Below are positions 38,627 to 52,077 of a stretch of 64,000 nt of DNA, piece after piece. The notes beneath the pieces are model-generated. The model worked only from the letters and a program-made list of their open reading frames with translations, did not search any database and was not told the origin of the DNA. This stretch comes from Chiloscyllium plagiosum. Its lineage: Eukaryota. Positions within the stretch are counted from its first letter, which is position 1; each line of letters starts with the position of its first letter. A program made the position numbers and the translations under genes. Where the stretch lies: assembly GCF_004010195.1 (NCBI RefSeq), contig NC_057718.1, positions 100,837,637-100,901,636 of the forward strand, in the 5' to 3' direction.

Positions 38627-39574
38627 TCATAGAATTATAGAGATGTACAGCATGGAAACAGATCCTTCGGTCCAACTCATCCATGCTGACTAGATATTCT
38701 AAAGTAATCTAGTCCCATTTGCCAGCATTTGGCCAATATCCCTCTAACCCCTTCCTATTTATATACCCATCCAGATGCCTTCACCACTTCCTCTGGCAAC
38801 TCATTCTATACACACACACCACTCTCTGTGTGAAAAAGTTCCCCTTAGGTCCCTTTTAAATCTTGCCCCTCTCACCTTAAACCTATGCCCTCTAGTTTTG
38901 AACTCCCCCACCTCAGGGAAAATACCTTGTCTATCTACCCTATCCATACCCCTCATGATTTTATAGACTTCTATAAGATCACCCCTCAGCCTCCCGACGT
39001 TCCAGGAAAAATAACTCCAGCCTATTCAGCATCTCCCTGTAGCTCAGACCCTCTAACTCTGGCTACATCCTTGTAAATCTTTTCGAAACTGTTTCAAGTT
39101 TTATAACATCCTTCCTATAGCAGGGAGACTAGAATTGGACACAGTATTCCAAAAGTGGCCTAACCAATGTACTGTACAGTCGTAATATGACCTCCCAACT
39201 CCTACACACAATGCACTGATCAATAAAGGCAAGCATACCGAATGCCTCCTTCATTATCCAATCCACCCACGATTTCACCTTCAAGAAACTATGAACCTCC
39301 ACACCAAGTTCTCTTTGTCCAGCAACACTTCCCAGGACCTTACCATTAAGTGTACAAGTCAGAATGCAGCAGCTCATGTTTATCTAAAATCCATCTGCCA
39401 CTCCTCAGAGTGGACTCAGCACCGATCCTTGTGGTGCACCACTGGTCACAGCCTCCAGTGTGAAAAGCAACCCTCCACCACCTCCCCCGGTCTCCTCCCT
39501 TCGAGTCAATTTCTATCCAAATAGCTAATTCTCCCTGTATTCCATGTGATCTCACCTTGCAACCAGTCTACCAT
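38627..39574 (-). mobile_element. Internally deleted CR1 fragment inserted in SINE-3
   Basis: LYSTLVRPLLEYCVQF and GIQGELAIWI motifs; short TSD gctgag (38621, 39575); SINE-3 halves on both sides. Confidence 0.9.
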
Positions 39575-40794
39575 GCTGAGGTTACCATGAAGAACTCCCT
39601 TTCTCAACCTCTCCCCTCACCTGAGGAATGGTGACCCTCCAGGTTAAAGTACCTCCAGTCGTGTGTGTGCCTGTCTCGTTTTCGCGCTCTCACTCTCTCT
39701 CTCTGCCCCCCCCCCCCCCCCCAAGATAATGAGAGAGCACGCCTCTGAGTCTATCAGCGAATTTATCTGTATTTTTGTCAGTCTGAATCACAGAAGTATT
39801 ACGGCACAGGTAGAGGCCATTTGGCCCATTGTGTCTGACCTTAATTTATTTAAATTAAAAGTGATTTGGGAGTAAAATCAAATAATTGGCTTTACTCAGC
39901 ATTCGGGTCTGTTGTATATCTGAGCCCAGAATAATTGAAATGTGCATTTGAGATTCAATATGGCTGTGGTCAGCTGTACGAACAATAAATACTCTGAATG
40001 ATGCTGTCTTTTTTTCCAGAAAGCAATAGCCATTAAGAATTTGTTATGCTGGTTATACCTTAAGAACAATTTTCATACGAAAATAATCTCCGGGGCACAC
40101 AAGCGATTGTATTACGGATCTGTGCAGTACATTGTAATAGGTACACATGCATCTGAACTAACTGCCTGAAATAAAGACCATGATGATAGCTCCTAAGTGG
40201 AAAATATGGATGAAAAATGTGCTGATAGGCCAGAAATACTGTTCATTATCCAGCAGCTAATAGCACGATATTTATTTCCTGTATAGAATGGATATTTTTG
40301 TTGATTAACAGCAGATTTTGATGTTGTCAATGACTCTGTTGGCTCAGGGAACAGTTAAATCCATCTCTTGAGGGTTGCCTTTTGGAACAATAACAAATAA
40401 ACACACTGAGATTAATAGGCCTTCGTTTTTGGATGTGGAATAATTTAATCGGGTTGCAGGAAGAAGCAGCTTGCTGGAGGGAAGGTTCTAGAGAGATGAG
40501 AAGTTAAGCTCGTGGTTTCTGTCGGTGAAACTATTTGATTTTTTTTCCCCACTGTTTATAGATCTTTTAATTGGTGTGTGCACTAACCCTGATGTGATGG
40601 TTGTAAAGACAACAAAACTGTCTGCATTCTCCATCATTCAAACTGGGAAACTGACATTAATCTCTGGATTCCACACGTGTGTAGTTAAATATGAAATCCT
40701 CGATGTTTCTGTAGCTGGCTTTTTGCTCGTCTGTAAGGGTGGCAACCTTTAAAAATCAAATGATTCACTTTCCACTTTGATGCTGTTCATCCTT

Positions 40795-41200
40795 TAAGAT
40801 CTGTTAAGCTGAGGTTGTTTTCCCTGGAGCTTTAGAGGCTGAGGGATGACCTTATAGAAGTTTATAAAATCATGAGGGGCATGGATAGGGTGAATAGTCC
40901 CCAGGTTGGAGAGGCTTAAGGTGAGAGGGGAATGATTTAAAAGGGAAATAAAGGACAATGTTTTCAGACAGAAGGTGGTGTGTGTATGGCATGAGCTGCC
41001 AGAGGAAGGTGTGGTGGCTGGTACAATTACAACAATTAAAAGGCATTTGGATGGGTATCTGAATAGGAAGAGTTTAGAAGGACATGGGCCAAGTGCTGTC
41101 AAATGGGACGAGATTAATTTAGGATATCTGGTCAGCATGGACGAGTTGGACTGAAGGATCTGTTTCAATGCTATATAACTCTATGACTCTTTGACTGTAT
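40795..41200 (+). mobile_element. CR1 3' fragment
   Basis: LRDDLIEVYKIMRGMDRV...; ctctatgactct terminus. Confidence 0.88.
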
Positions 41201-41249
41201 GACCCCCTCAAGAAAATTACTCCTTGTTGAATGAGGTATAACCTTTTGT

Positions 41250-41625
41250 TAATGGGATGTGGGTGTCGCTAGTAAAGCTACCATTTGTTACCTGTCCCTA
41301 ATTGCCCTGGATCTGAGTGGCCTTTCAGAAGGTAGCTAAGAGTTAGCCATGTTGTGGTGAGCCTAGAGTTCCTTGGAGATCAGATCAAGTAAGGATGGCA
41401 GATTTCACTCCCTCAATGAAATAAGTGAACCAGGTGAGTTTTTGTTTTAAATGACAATTGAAGTGCTTTTGTGATTATTATTAGACTAGATTTTAACTCC
41501 AAATGTGTGAATTTAATTTAAATCCCACCATCATGCTGTGGGATTGAAATCCATGTCCCCAGAGCCTTAATCCAGGTCTCTGGATTACTAGTCCAGTAAA
41601 AATACCACTCTGGCACCACCTCCCA
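41250..41625 (-). mobile_element. SacSINE-like SINE (diverged)
   Basis: Reverse of tail, body and head. Confidence 0.65.
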
Positions 41626-42064
41626 CTATGTTCATGATTACTTTTAAGTACCCTCTCTGGCCCTGAAAATCATTGTAATTTTTTTAAATGTTGCTTGGCA
41701 AATCACCAACTTAAATAAAAGAAATATCTCTGTAGTCCCCAGCCTCAACAAATTCTCTCAACAGTGTTTAACGTTGTGTAAACTCTTTTTGGACCCGTGT
41801 ACTTTCTCGTCGACCACATAACTTCAACCTTGAGGGTGTTCGGAATGCTGAAGGGAGTTTACAGGGAGTCGTGGACTAACACCTTGTGGAAGATCTGACA
41901 TGGTAGAACCCTGGCTTTGATATTGTGCAAAATCCATGAGAGACCCAAAGTACATACCACAGCAGATCTGGATCGACAAATAGGAAGCTGAAAGCTCTTC
42001 AGTGTATGTACCTGGTCACTCAGAATGGATTGTAGAACATGTAATGACTTGATTTATAAAACCG

Positions 42065-42390
42065 TAGAATCCCTACAGTGCAGAAGCAGGCCATTCAGCC
42101 CATCGAGTCCGCACTTCAGAAGAGCGTCCCACTCAAACTCACCTCCCCTAACCATACATTTCTCATGACCAGTCCACCTCGCTTACACATCCCTGGACAT
42201 TAAGGGCCATTTAGCTTGGCCAATCCACCCTAACCCGCACATCTTTGGACTGTGGGAGGAAACCGGAGCACCCGGAGGAAACCCACGCAGACACAGGGAG
42301 AATGTGCAAACTCCACACAGTCGCCTGAGGGTGGAATCGAACCCGGGTCCTGGTGCTATGCGGCAGCAATGCCAATGACTGAGCCACCGA
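42065..42390 (-). mobile_element. HE1-like V-SINE
   Basis: Full reverse copy. Confidence 0.87.
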
Positions 42391-42699
42391 CTCTGGAATA
42401 GAAAGAAAGAAGCCCGGCTAATACTCTGCTAGGCCTGATGAAATTGTCTGCCTTAACTGCCTGAACGTAAAATTTATAATGATTTGTAATCCCACACTGT
42501 GAGGTAGCACACCAGAAATCAACCCTCGCAACTCCTGAAGTTATCTCAAAAGTCAAAGATTTTAAAAAGTATGAAAATGTCTCCAATGCAACTGACTTTC
42601 AGACCCACGTTGACAGGAAACAAAGATCAGGTACTGTACTTAACAAGAATGACTGTTTATTAGAAGTAAGTAGATTGTAGCTACAGGCTAAAAATTATT

Positions 42700-43050
42700 A
42701 CTCTAGTCGCATTATCACTGGACTGTTAAACCAGTGAACCCACTGAATGTTCTGGGGACTGGGTTCGAATCCCAGCATGGCAGATGGTGGAATTTGAATT
42801 CAATAGAACCCTGGAATTAAGAGTCGAATGATGATTGTGAATCCATTGTTGATTGTTGGATAAACCCACCTAGTTCACTAATGTCTTTTAAGGACAGAAA
42901 CTGCCATCCTTACCTGGTCTAGCCTACACGTGGCTCCAGATCCACAGCAATGTGATCAACTCTTAACTGCCCTGTGGGCAATTAGAAATGAACAATAAGT
43001 GATGGCCTCGCTAATGTTGCTCTCATCCCATGAATGAATAACATAAAAAT
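42700..43050 (+). mobile_element. SacSINE-like SINE
   Basis: B box ggttcgaatccc, body, tail catcccatgaatgaataa; another copy at 43788-44140. Confidence 0.8.
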
Positions 43051-44419
43051 GTTGACTTATAAGTCGACTCGTGAAAACTCTGACCCCCTTACATACATGC
43101 AGACAGTCTCAGGCAGAAAGAAAAAAATGGGTATTATGGATGGAGGGAAAGACTGGGAAAGCATGTCAATGGTCCCTGTTCACAGGATCTGCTGAGGTGA
43201 TTTTTGTGCTAATCAGAAAACTGCTGGTCACTCTTCCTTTCACCAGAAACAGCTCTGATGCCTGTGGAGATATGATGGCCTATCCCCATCTTGTTTACGG
43301 TCCCTAAAGCTGTTCAGCTCCTTGGGAGCCAATCTCTCAGTTTTTGGCAGACTAGACCTTTCTCATCAATGACTGGTCATTGCTCCACAAACAATCAGCT
43401 GCTTGTTGTCTGCTGAATCTCTGTGCACTTCCCTCAGTTCCAGCTAGTCTGCAAACTATACTTCACTACTACTTGAACATGCAGCTGTGTAAACGCTGCT
43501 TATAATTTCTTTGAAAAACTGCAATAATCCTTCAACAATTCTTGGTCTTTCAAACAGCTATTTTTCCTATTTCAGTCCACAATCAAAAATGCAGAAACAA
43601 TGCAACCTATGCACCAGTCTTTGCTGGACATGTGTTTTAGCTGAAAACTGAGCGATCTTACATAGATCACTCCAGTCCCAGATCAACTGGGAAATCTGAA
43701 CCCCAGCCAATATTGTGATTGAATGGGCAGCTATAAGGCTGATCTGTTTTCAGTGGAGCAGGTGCAGGATTTATTGCCAACAATATGGGAAGGTGATGCT
43801 CTCATGGTATTGTCAATGGGCTAATGATTCAGAGGCTCAGTCTAAAGTTCTAGTTCCATAGGTTTGAATCCCACTATAGCAGGTGGTGAAATTTGAAGTG
43901 AAGTTTCAAAAAAATCTGGAATCAAAGGCTCGTATAATGGCAATCATCCAAACACTGTTGATTCTCACAAAAATGGACCTGGTTCACTAGTGTCCTTCAG
44001 GAAATGAGAAGGAAAGGAAATCCGTTGGTCTGGCCTATGTGTGACTCCAGGTATACAGGAATGTGGTTGACTCTGAACTTCCCTCTGGGCAATTAGGACA
44101 GGCAATGAATACTGGCCTAGCCACTGATGCCCTCGCATCACCACACATTTTTTAAAACCACCAAAACATTTCAAATGGGATGCAAATGTGAGAGTGTCAG
44201 CCTTGCAATTATGTGGTGCCCTCCAAAAGCAGCTTACAGACGAGGAAGAATTTTTGAAGTGTTATTGCTGTTGTTAAGTGTGGAAACAGAACAGCCAGTT
44301 AGCACACAGGAAGATCCCAGACATACCAGTGTGATGACAACTGGCTACAGTTCAGCGAATATTGCCCAAGACACTGGGGCAGTTTATCCTGCTGAGAGAT
44401 AGCCCTTACAGCAGTACAG

Positions 44420-44775
44420 CTAGTTTCCTCATTTCCCCTCCCCCAACCTTACCCCAGTTCCAAACTTTCAGCTCAGCACCGTCCTCATGATCTGTCAATC
44501 TTTCTTCCCACCCATCCGCTCCACCCATCGTCCGACCTATTACCTTTACCCCTTCCTCCATCCACCTATTGCACTCTCAACTACCTTCTCCCCAGCCCCA
44601 CCCCCTCCCATTTATCTCTCCACCCCTGAAGCTTCCAGCCTGATTCCTGATGAAGGGCTCCTGCCCGAAACATCGATTTTCCTGCTCCTCGGATGCTGCC
44701 TCACCTGCTGTGTTTTTCGAGCACCACTCTAATCTTGACTCTAATCTCCAGCATCTGCAGTCCTCACTTTCACCT
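44420..44775 (+). mobile_element. PLE family-1 sense copy (pyrimidine tract, hammerhead, full 3' end)
   Basis: ctgatgaagggctcctgcccgaaacatc at 44647; ends cagcatctgcagtcctcactttcacct; TSD agcagtacag (44410, 44776). Confidence 0.82.
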
Positions 44776-44807
44776 AGCAGTACAGTCCTGCCTCAGCACA
44801 CACTGAA

Positions 44808-45357
44808 ACACAGCCAACATCATCAAAGACTCCTCCCACCCCGGTTATACTCTCTTCCAACCTCTCCCAATGGGCAGAAAATACAAAATCTTAAACACGC
44901 AGACCAATAGGTTCTTCCCCACTGTTCTTAGACTTCTGAATGGACCTCTGAAATTTTAAATTTAGGTTTGATCTCGCTCCTCGTGCAGCTTCTCTGCAGC
45001 TGTAACATTGTATTCCTCACTCTGTTCTACAGTCAGTTCTGTTATAACGCGCGTGTCTTCAGCACGAATTGGCTATTACACAATTGAAGAATTTAAACCA
45101 TTATTTCTACAATGCGAACTTTCCTTACCTGTATTGGCTATAATGCGATTCTGGCCCCATTTGTTTAAATGGTGTTGTTATTAAGAGATTTTCTTATAAG
45201 GCAGGGTCGCATGGGAATGAAACTTTCACGTTACGTCAGAATAGACTGTATTACCCTAATGCACTTTGTACAGTATGATCTCCCTATACTACATGCAAAA
45301 TAAAACTTATCCCTGAACCTAGATATATGTGATGTTAATAAAGCAAATGAAATCAAC
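44808..45357 (+). mobile_element. Rex1/Babar-like LINE 3' end
   Basis: ANIIKDSSHPGYTLFQPLPMGRKYKILNTQTNRF...VLRLLNGP; split by a MITE. Confidence 0.7.
45030..45248. mobile_element. Tc1/mariner-superfamily (Tigger/pogo-like) MITE
   Basis: TA|cagtcagttctgttataacgcg ... cacgttacgtcagaatagactg|TA; imperfect 22-bp TIRs; host ctctgttcTAttaccct is restored on removal. Confidence 0.75.
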
Positions 45358-45690
45358 CAAGTGATGTTTCAAATCCTCAGAGAATTCTGAATCCATTTTG
45401 TCAAAGCGATGATCTGAATTTTCATAAGGCTCCTTTTCATTTCTGTACCTGTTTAAAAAAAGCTCTGAAGCCCGTGGCAGTGGCCTGGAGCTGCACTCTG
45501 AGATGTGAACGCATGGTTGATGCTCATTGTATTATTGTAATCCTCCACCCCCACCTGATGTGATGTTGGAAAAAATTCCCGGTATTGTTGGTTGGTGCAG
45601 AAGGTTCTCTGATTGTTCACTGCTGTTCCATTCTCATCTAAAAAAAGTAAATCCAAACCAAATCGCACAGTGCTAGAAACATGCAGGAGG

Positions 45691-45860
45691 CAAAGGTGAG
45701 GACTGCAGATGCTGCAAACCAGAGTCTAGATTAGAATGGTGCTGGAAAAGTACAGCAGGTCAGGCAGCATCCGAGCTTTTGCCCGAAACGTCAATTTTCC
45801 TGCTCCTCGGATGCTGCCTGACCTGCTGTGCTTTCCAGCACCACTCTAATCTAGACTCTG
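45691..45860. mobile_element. PLE family-1 inverted element (centre deleted)
   Basis: 15-bp TSD gaaacatgcaggagg (45676, 45861). Confidence 0.82.
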
Positions 45861-47322
45861 GAAACATGCAGGAGGTCATGGGGATAGAAGCAGATTCAAT
45901 GCTGACAGTCAATTTTAACTTCAGAACAAAGCAAATTTCTGATGGCTGTTCATATCCGACTGCAAATGTTCATAACCTGTGGGCAAAAGCAGTGTTGCCT
46001 GACCTGCAGAGTTTGCCATTACTTTCTGTTTACATGATAAATAATAACTGATCATTAACTTCATTGCTGTGTTTGATGTCTTACTGTGTGCAAAAGAAAT
46101 CACTGCTCCTTTTGCTTTCAAATGTCGTTGCATTGCCACATAATACCCTCTGACAGAAGTGCCTTGAGACATGCTCTGATAAGGCATTATATAAATTCAA
46201 CTTTTCTTAAAAAGAGAGCTACTCCTTCCTCTTTAATTACTAATGATGTAGTATCTGAAATGTTCTTGACAGAGTAAGAGATAACCTCACTGCTCTTGTC
46301 AACTGTACCTATTACTCAAGTAGCATGAGTTGTCATATTGGTATTGTACCATTCATTTATATTGATTCTCCATTTGTTTTGCTACATGGAAATTTGAAGT
46401 TAGCAGATATTTGTTCTAAGGTCATTTTCGATTTTTGATGACCAGGATAATTTTTTTGGAATGTAAAAGTATATTCTTTAGTGCTCATTCAAGTAAACAA
46501 ATGCAGTTCTCCCTTAGTGTATGCATGTGTAGTTATGCGTGCCTTTATCATTGGGAGATGAATCCAAGTTTCATAATTGCAGTGAGGGTTATAGACTCCC
46601 CATTGTTACAGCACAAAGACAGCCAAATCAAATCAGCTTCCCTAACCCTGTATTCACCACATAGTAAAATTAAGACATTCAATAACCCTGAAAATTGACC
46701 TCAATGATTCCAATCAAGACTTTGTATTAATGATACAGTCACTTTAACAGATCAAAGTTAAACAACAAGGCAATCAACTAATGTCTGTGATTTAAACCCA
46801 AACTTCTGAGATTTCAGACTCCGCTGTCACAAAGACGGGCAGAGGTAGTTAAGGGATACATTGAGGAAAAATGGAAGCGATGTAACCTGGCAACCCACTG
46901 AACTCCGTAATATCACAGGCACATGGGAGTATTGCTTGCTTGGTTTCAAGCGACATCAATCAATGCAAATAGTTTCCAGCAGGCTGAAAGCAGTATTCAT
47001 TTAACTCTTATAACTGGGCTTCTGTTCTCTAAACTTTCAGTAAGTTGATAATGGGAGGATAACCAGAGAGAAGTTAGATCTCCTTCCTGAAGCTTTAGCA
47101 GCTCCAGTCCTTCTGTCAAAAACAACCATAGTTCAAACCCAGTGCAAACTTTTGATTCACTTTCTGTTTATTTTTACAATATTGTCTTTGTTGGAACTCT
47201 GGCCTCCTTATGATTGTCCATGCTAACAGTCAAACGTTTGCCTATTTGAACATAACCTAGAACTGAAACATCTACAGTGTTACTTGAACCAGCATCAACC
47301 TGCAATTAATTTCCAGGCCAGG

Positions 47323-49075
47323 TCATAGAGTCATAGAGATGTACAGCATGGAAACAGACCCTTCAGTCCAACCCGTCCATGCCGACCAGATATCCCAACA
47401 CAATCTCGCCCCACCTGCCAGCACCAGGCCCAAATCCCTCCAAACCCTTCCTATTCATATACCCATCCAAATGCCTCTTAAATGTTGCAATTGTACCAGC
47501 CTCCACCACTTCCTCTGGCAGCTCATTCCATACACGTACCACCCTCTGCGTGAAAACGTTGCCCCATTTCTATCTTTCCCCCCTGCCCTCTAGTTCTGGA
47601 CTCCCCCACCCCAGGGAAAAGACTTTGCCTATCCCTATCCATGCCCCTCATAATTTTGTAAACCTCTATAAAGTCACCCCTCAACCTCTGACCCTCCTGT
47701 TCAGCCTCTGCTTATAGCTCAAATCCTCCAATCCTGGTACCATCCTCGTAAATCCTTTCTGAACCCTTTCAAGTTTCACAACAAATTGCATGCAATATTC
47801 CAACAGTGGCCTGACCAATGTCCTGTACAGCCGCAACATGACCTTCCAATTCCTGAACTCAATACTCTGACCAATAAAGGAAAGCATACCAAATGCCTTC
47901 TTCACTATCCTATCTACCTGTGACTCCACTTTAAGGAGCTATGAACCTGCACTCCAAAGTCTCTTTGTTCAGCAACACTCCCTCGGACCTTACCATTAAG
48001 TGTATAAGTCCTGCTAAGATTTGCTTTCCCAAAATACAGCACCTCGCATTTATCTGAATTAAACTCCATCTGCCACTTCTCAGCCCATTGGCCCATCTGG
48101 TTCAGATCCTGTTGTAATCTGAGGTAACCTTCTTCGCTGTCCACTACACCTCCAATTTTGGTGTGATCTGCAAACTTACTAACTCTACCTCTTATGCTCA
48201 TATCCAAATCATTTATGTAAATGACAAAAAGTAGAGGCCCAGCACCGATCCTTGTGGCACTCCACTGGTTACAGGCCTCCAGTCTCAAAAACAACCCTTC
48301 ACCATCACCCTCTGTCTTCTACCTTTGAGCCAGTTCTGTATCCAGTTGGCTAGTTCTCTCTGTATTCCATGAAATCTAACCTTGTTAACCAGTCTCCCAT
48401 GGGGAACCTTGTTGAACGCCTTACTGAAGCCTCTATAGATCACATCTACCACTCTACCCTCATCAATCCTCTGTGTTATTTCTTCAGAAAACTCAATAAA
48501 GTTTATGAGACATGATTTCCCACGCACAAAGCCATGTTGACTATCCCTAATCAGTCCTTGCCTTTCCAAATACATGCACATCCTGTCCCTCAGGATTCCC
48601 TCCAACAACTTGCCCACTACATCAGGCTCACTGGTCTATAATTCCCTGGCTTGTCCTTACCACCTTTCTTAAACAGTGGCACCTTGTTAGCCAACCTCCA
48701 GTCTTCTGGCACCTCACCTGTGACTATAGACACAAATATCTCAGCAAGAGGTCCAGCAATCACTTGCATAGCTTCCCACAGAGTTCTAGGGTACACCTGA
48801 TCAGGTCCTGGGAATTTATCCACCTTCATGTATTTCAAGACATCCAGCACTTCCCCCTCTGTAATATGAACATTTTTCAAGATGTCACCATCTATTTCCC
48901 TACATTCTATATCTTTCATATTGTTTTCCACAGTAAATACTGATGCAAAATACTCATTTAGTATCTCCCCCATTTTCTGCGGCCCCACTCAAAGGCCGCC
49001 TTGCTGATCTTTGAGGTCCTAGAAATATTGGATTGTTTGTACTCCCTAATCTTTGTCAAAACTAAACTGCTGCTC
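47323..49075 (-). mobile_element. CR1 LINE ORF2 reverse-transcriptase region and 3' end (pseudogenised)
   Basis: Consecutive frameshifted ORFs: PGPDQVYPRTL, PLFKKGGKDKPGNYRPVSL, QHGFVRGKSCL, FSKAFNKVPH, GPLLFVIYINDLD, KFADHTKIGG, WQMEFNSDKC. Confidence 0.95.
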
Positions 49076-49080
49076 ATAAC

Positions 49081-49210
49081 TAGGAGAAAGTGAGGACTGC
49101 AGATGCTGGGAATCGGAGTCGAGAGTCTGGTGCTGGAAAAGTACAGCAGGTCAGGCAGCATCCGAGGAGCAGGAGAATCGACGTTTCGGGCAAACGCACT
49201 TCATCAGGAA
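49081..49210 (-). mobile_element. PLE family-1 single arm
   Basis: TSD tgctgctcataac / tgctgctcacaac; hammerhead core on the minus strand. Confidence 0.8.
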
Positions 49211-50364
49211 TGCTGCTCACAACGAAAAGGTCACCATCACCTGTCAGCTCACAGCTCCCAACTCCAAACCAAAACAATGATAAAAAAGAAAAACAGCAAG
49301 GGATCTAAGACCATTCATTTCAATAGTAGATATCCGTGGAGTAAAATGCCTTGTTTTGAGAGTTCATCCATAAAGTTCCGATTATTGTCTCCCCTTTAAG
49401 ACAGTGGCTCAAATTGGATGCTTTCTTGCAAGCACTCATGGATTGTGGTGACTTTGCTTGAGTGGTCATCGTCTGTGTGAGATGAAACAAGTATTGTTAT
49501 TTGTTCGGGAGGGGCGGAGGTGGTCTAGAGGGAGCACTAATAAGCTTCTCCATCTCCCAGTGTCTGCTGGACCTGATATATGTAATTGATAGATCTTTCT
49601 GGCCTTGTGCATCAGTACCAGTATGGGCTTTGCACCTCTCTGTATCTGCAATACTCTTCAGTTCTGCAACCCTATCAGATCTGTGCAGTCCTCCAATCCT
49701 GGCCTCCCGGGATGTCCCCAGGTTTAAGCACTCCATGTTGATATCTGTGTACTCAGCCTGCCTGCTTCTCCTCTTTTAAGGTTTTCCTTAAAACTTACCC
49801 GTCTGAGTATCTCCATGTGATTTGATATCAGATTTTATTTGATTGTTCCTGCGATGTGCTTATTGTTATCATTATAATTGTCATTATTATTTTAGTGTAT
49901 GAAAGGCAGTATATAAATGCCCAGATGGTTGTTGCTGAGGAGATAGGGTTTCTTTAAAATAAATGAACTTCTGAACATATGAACATGTGAATTCCCAGCA
50001 GAATTAGGCCTCTTGACTTCTCGAGTCTGCTCTGACATTCAGTAAGATTATCAGAATGGGTTGAATTATCTACTTCAGCTCCTATTTCGTATGTTCCTAG
50101 AAGTGTAACGTCTGATTTTAAAATAGAGTGCCCAAGCTTTGGACTCACCCATAGGAGGAAACACCTTTTCCACTTCTGCCTTGTCAAGATCAGTCAAGAC
50201 TTCAAATTTTCATCAATCACCCCTCGCTCCTTAAAGCAAGCTCAGTCTCTCTGAGCCAACCTGCTCATTCCAGCAATCGATCTACTCCAATGCATTTACA
50301 TTCTTCCTTAACAAAAGGGACCAAAACTGCACACACTGTTGGAGATGCAATCTCACTAATCATA

Positions 50365-50625
50365 GATCATCGAATCCTACACTGTGGAAACAGGCCATTC
50401 GGCCCATTGAATCCACATGCCCCTCCGAAGAGCATTCCACCCAGACCCACTCTCCTATCCTTTCCCTGTATCCCTGCATTTTCCATGGCTAATCCACTTA
50501 GCCTATACATTCCTGGACACTATGGGCAATTTAGCATGGCTAATCCACCTAGTCTGAGGCTGAAATCGTCCCTGGGTCCTTGGCATTGTGAGGCAGCAGT
50601 CTAACCACTGAGCCACCGTGCCTCC
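50365..50625 (-). mobile_element. Internally deleted HE1-like SINE within an old CR1 remnant
   Basis: Tail joined to head with the V-core missing. Confidence 0.75.
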
Positions 50626-51764
50626 CAGTGTAATTGAAGTATGCCCTTACTTTTATGTTGAATTCCTTTTGCAATTACAGATAACATCCCATTAGCCTTT
50701 TGAATTACTTGCTGTACATGCGTGCTAACTTTTTGCAGCTCATACATTTAGAACATTAAGATTCCACAGTGATGTTGCTGCATCTTTGATCAACGTGATT
50801 GTATTCTGTGGTGAAGTTGGAGCATGCTGCTATACAGCCTTAATGTCATGTACAGTGTTAACAATAAGCATAGGTTAACAGTTACTAAGGAGTCTGGCCA
50901 ATACTTGAAGAACCCACAGTGGAACACGATCAAGCAGGTACTAGCTGCTGAGTTGATGGAGGGTAATGGAGGAATGTGGAGACTGGAGTTCTCTCACCAT
51001 GTAGTTAATGCCCGAAGTTTGACTGGTCTCTTACAGATAAGTGATTCTGTGCATGTAAGTGTCTAAAATGTTTGCTCATCTGACACCAATTAGTCTCAGT
51101 GATGTGAATTGAGTACTTCTTCCCTTCAGTTTCACTTCACTCTGAAACCATTCATGTTCTCATGAGATGTAGAATTTACCAATGTGTTATGTTTGTCGGT
51201 CATTTATGTTATTCTGTAACTAGCAGCTGTTAATGGAACCGATAGTCACAAACCCCCAAGTGGGGCTTGTTTTGAAATAGCTAATTAGTGATTGGCCATA
51301 ACTATGAAATTTGCTGGAAAGGTTTAACTCAAACATTCAGGGGATGGGCTGACTTTGAAAAGTTTTGTTTTTTTATAAAGATTTTCTTTTGCACGTGCAT
51401 TTACAATCAATTTTGCGTGGAGTGACTGAAATTGCAATTAAAATCTAAAGCTAAACATGTTGTGAAGCAGAGGCAAGCTAAAATGCTAATGTGTGGGAGT
51501 CCCTGTTTCTCCAGAGGAAGCATGATCTGGGGCTGAAACCAGTTTTCAGAGGAGAGCGATAACATAATGAAGGGAATATCTGAGCAGTTGGATTGAAAGA
51601 AGAATTTTGAAACATCTGTTGATGTCTGAGGTGCAGGTCTGCGCACTTGAACTCAGCTCCAAGATGTCTTGCCTTTAACATTTCAATTCAGTCAGTATCT
51701 CTGGGCTACAAGGAAGGAGGAAGCAGACAATTTGCTCTCAATGTAACATTATGCACAAAATGAA

Positions 51765-52077
51765 TTAGATTAGATTAGATTAGATTCCCTACAGTGTGGA
51801 AACAGGCCCTTCGGCCCAGCCAGACCACACCGACCCTCCGAAGAGTAACCCATTTCCCTCTGACTAATGCACCTAACACTACGGGCAATTTAGCATGGCC
51901 AATTCATTTAACCTGCACACATTTGGATTGTGGGAGGAAACCGGAGCACCTGGAGGAAACCCATGCAGACACAGGGAGAATGTGCAAACTCCACACAGTC
52001 ACCTGAGGCTGGAGTCAAACCTGGGACCCTGGTGCTGTGAGGCAGCAGTGCTAACCACTGAGCCACCATGCCGCCCC
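51765..52077 (-). mobile_element. HE1-like V-SINE
   Basis: (gatta)n tail through to ccactgagccaccatgccgcc. Confidence 0.88.

Noticed and set aside
47681..48988. Functional reverse transcriptase gene
   Set aside because: Multiple frameshifts and deletions, catalytic FADD changed to FADH, 5'-truncated
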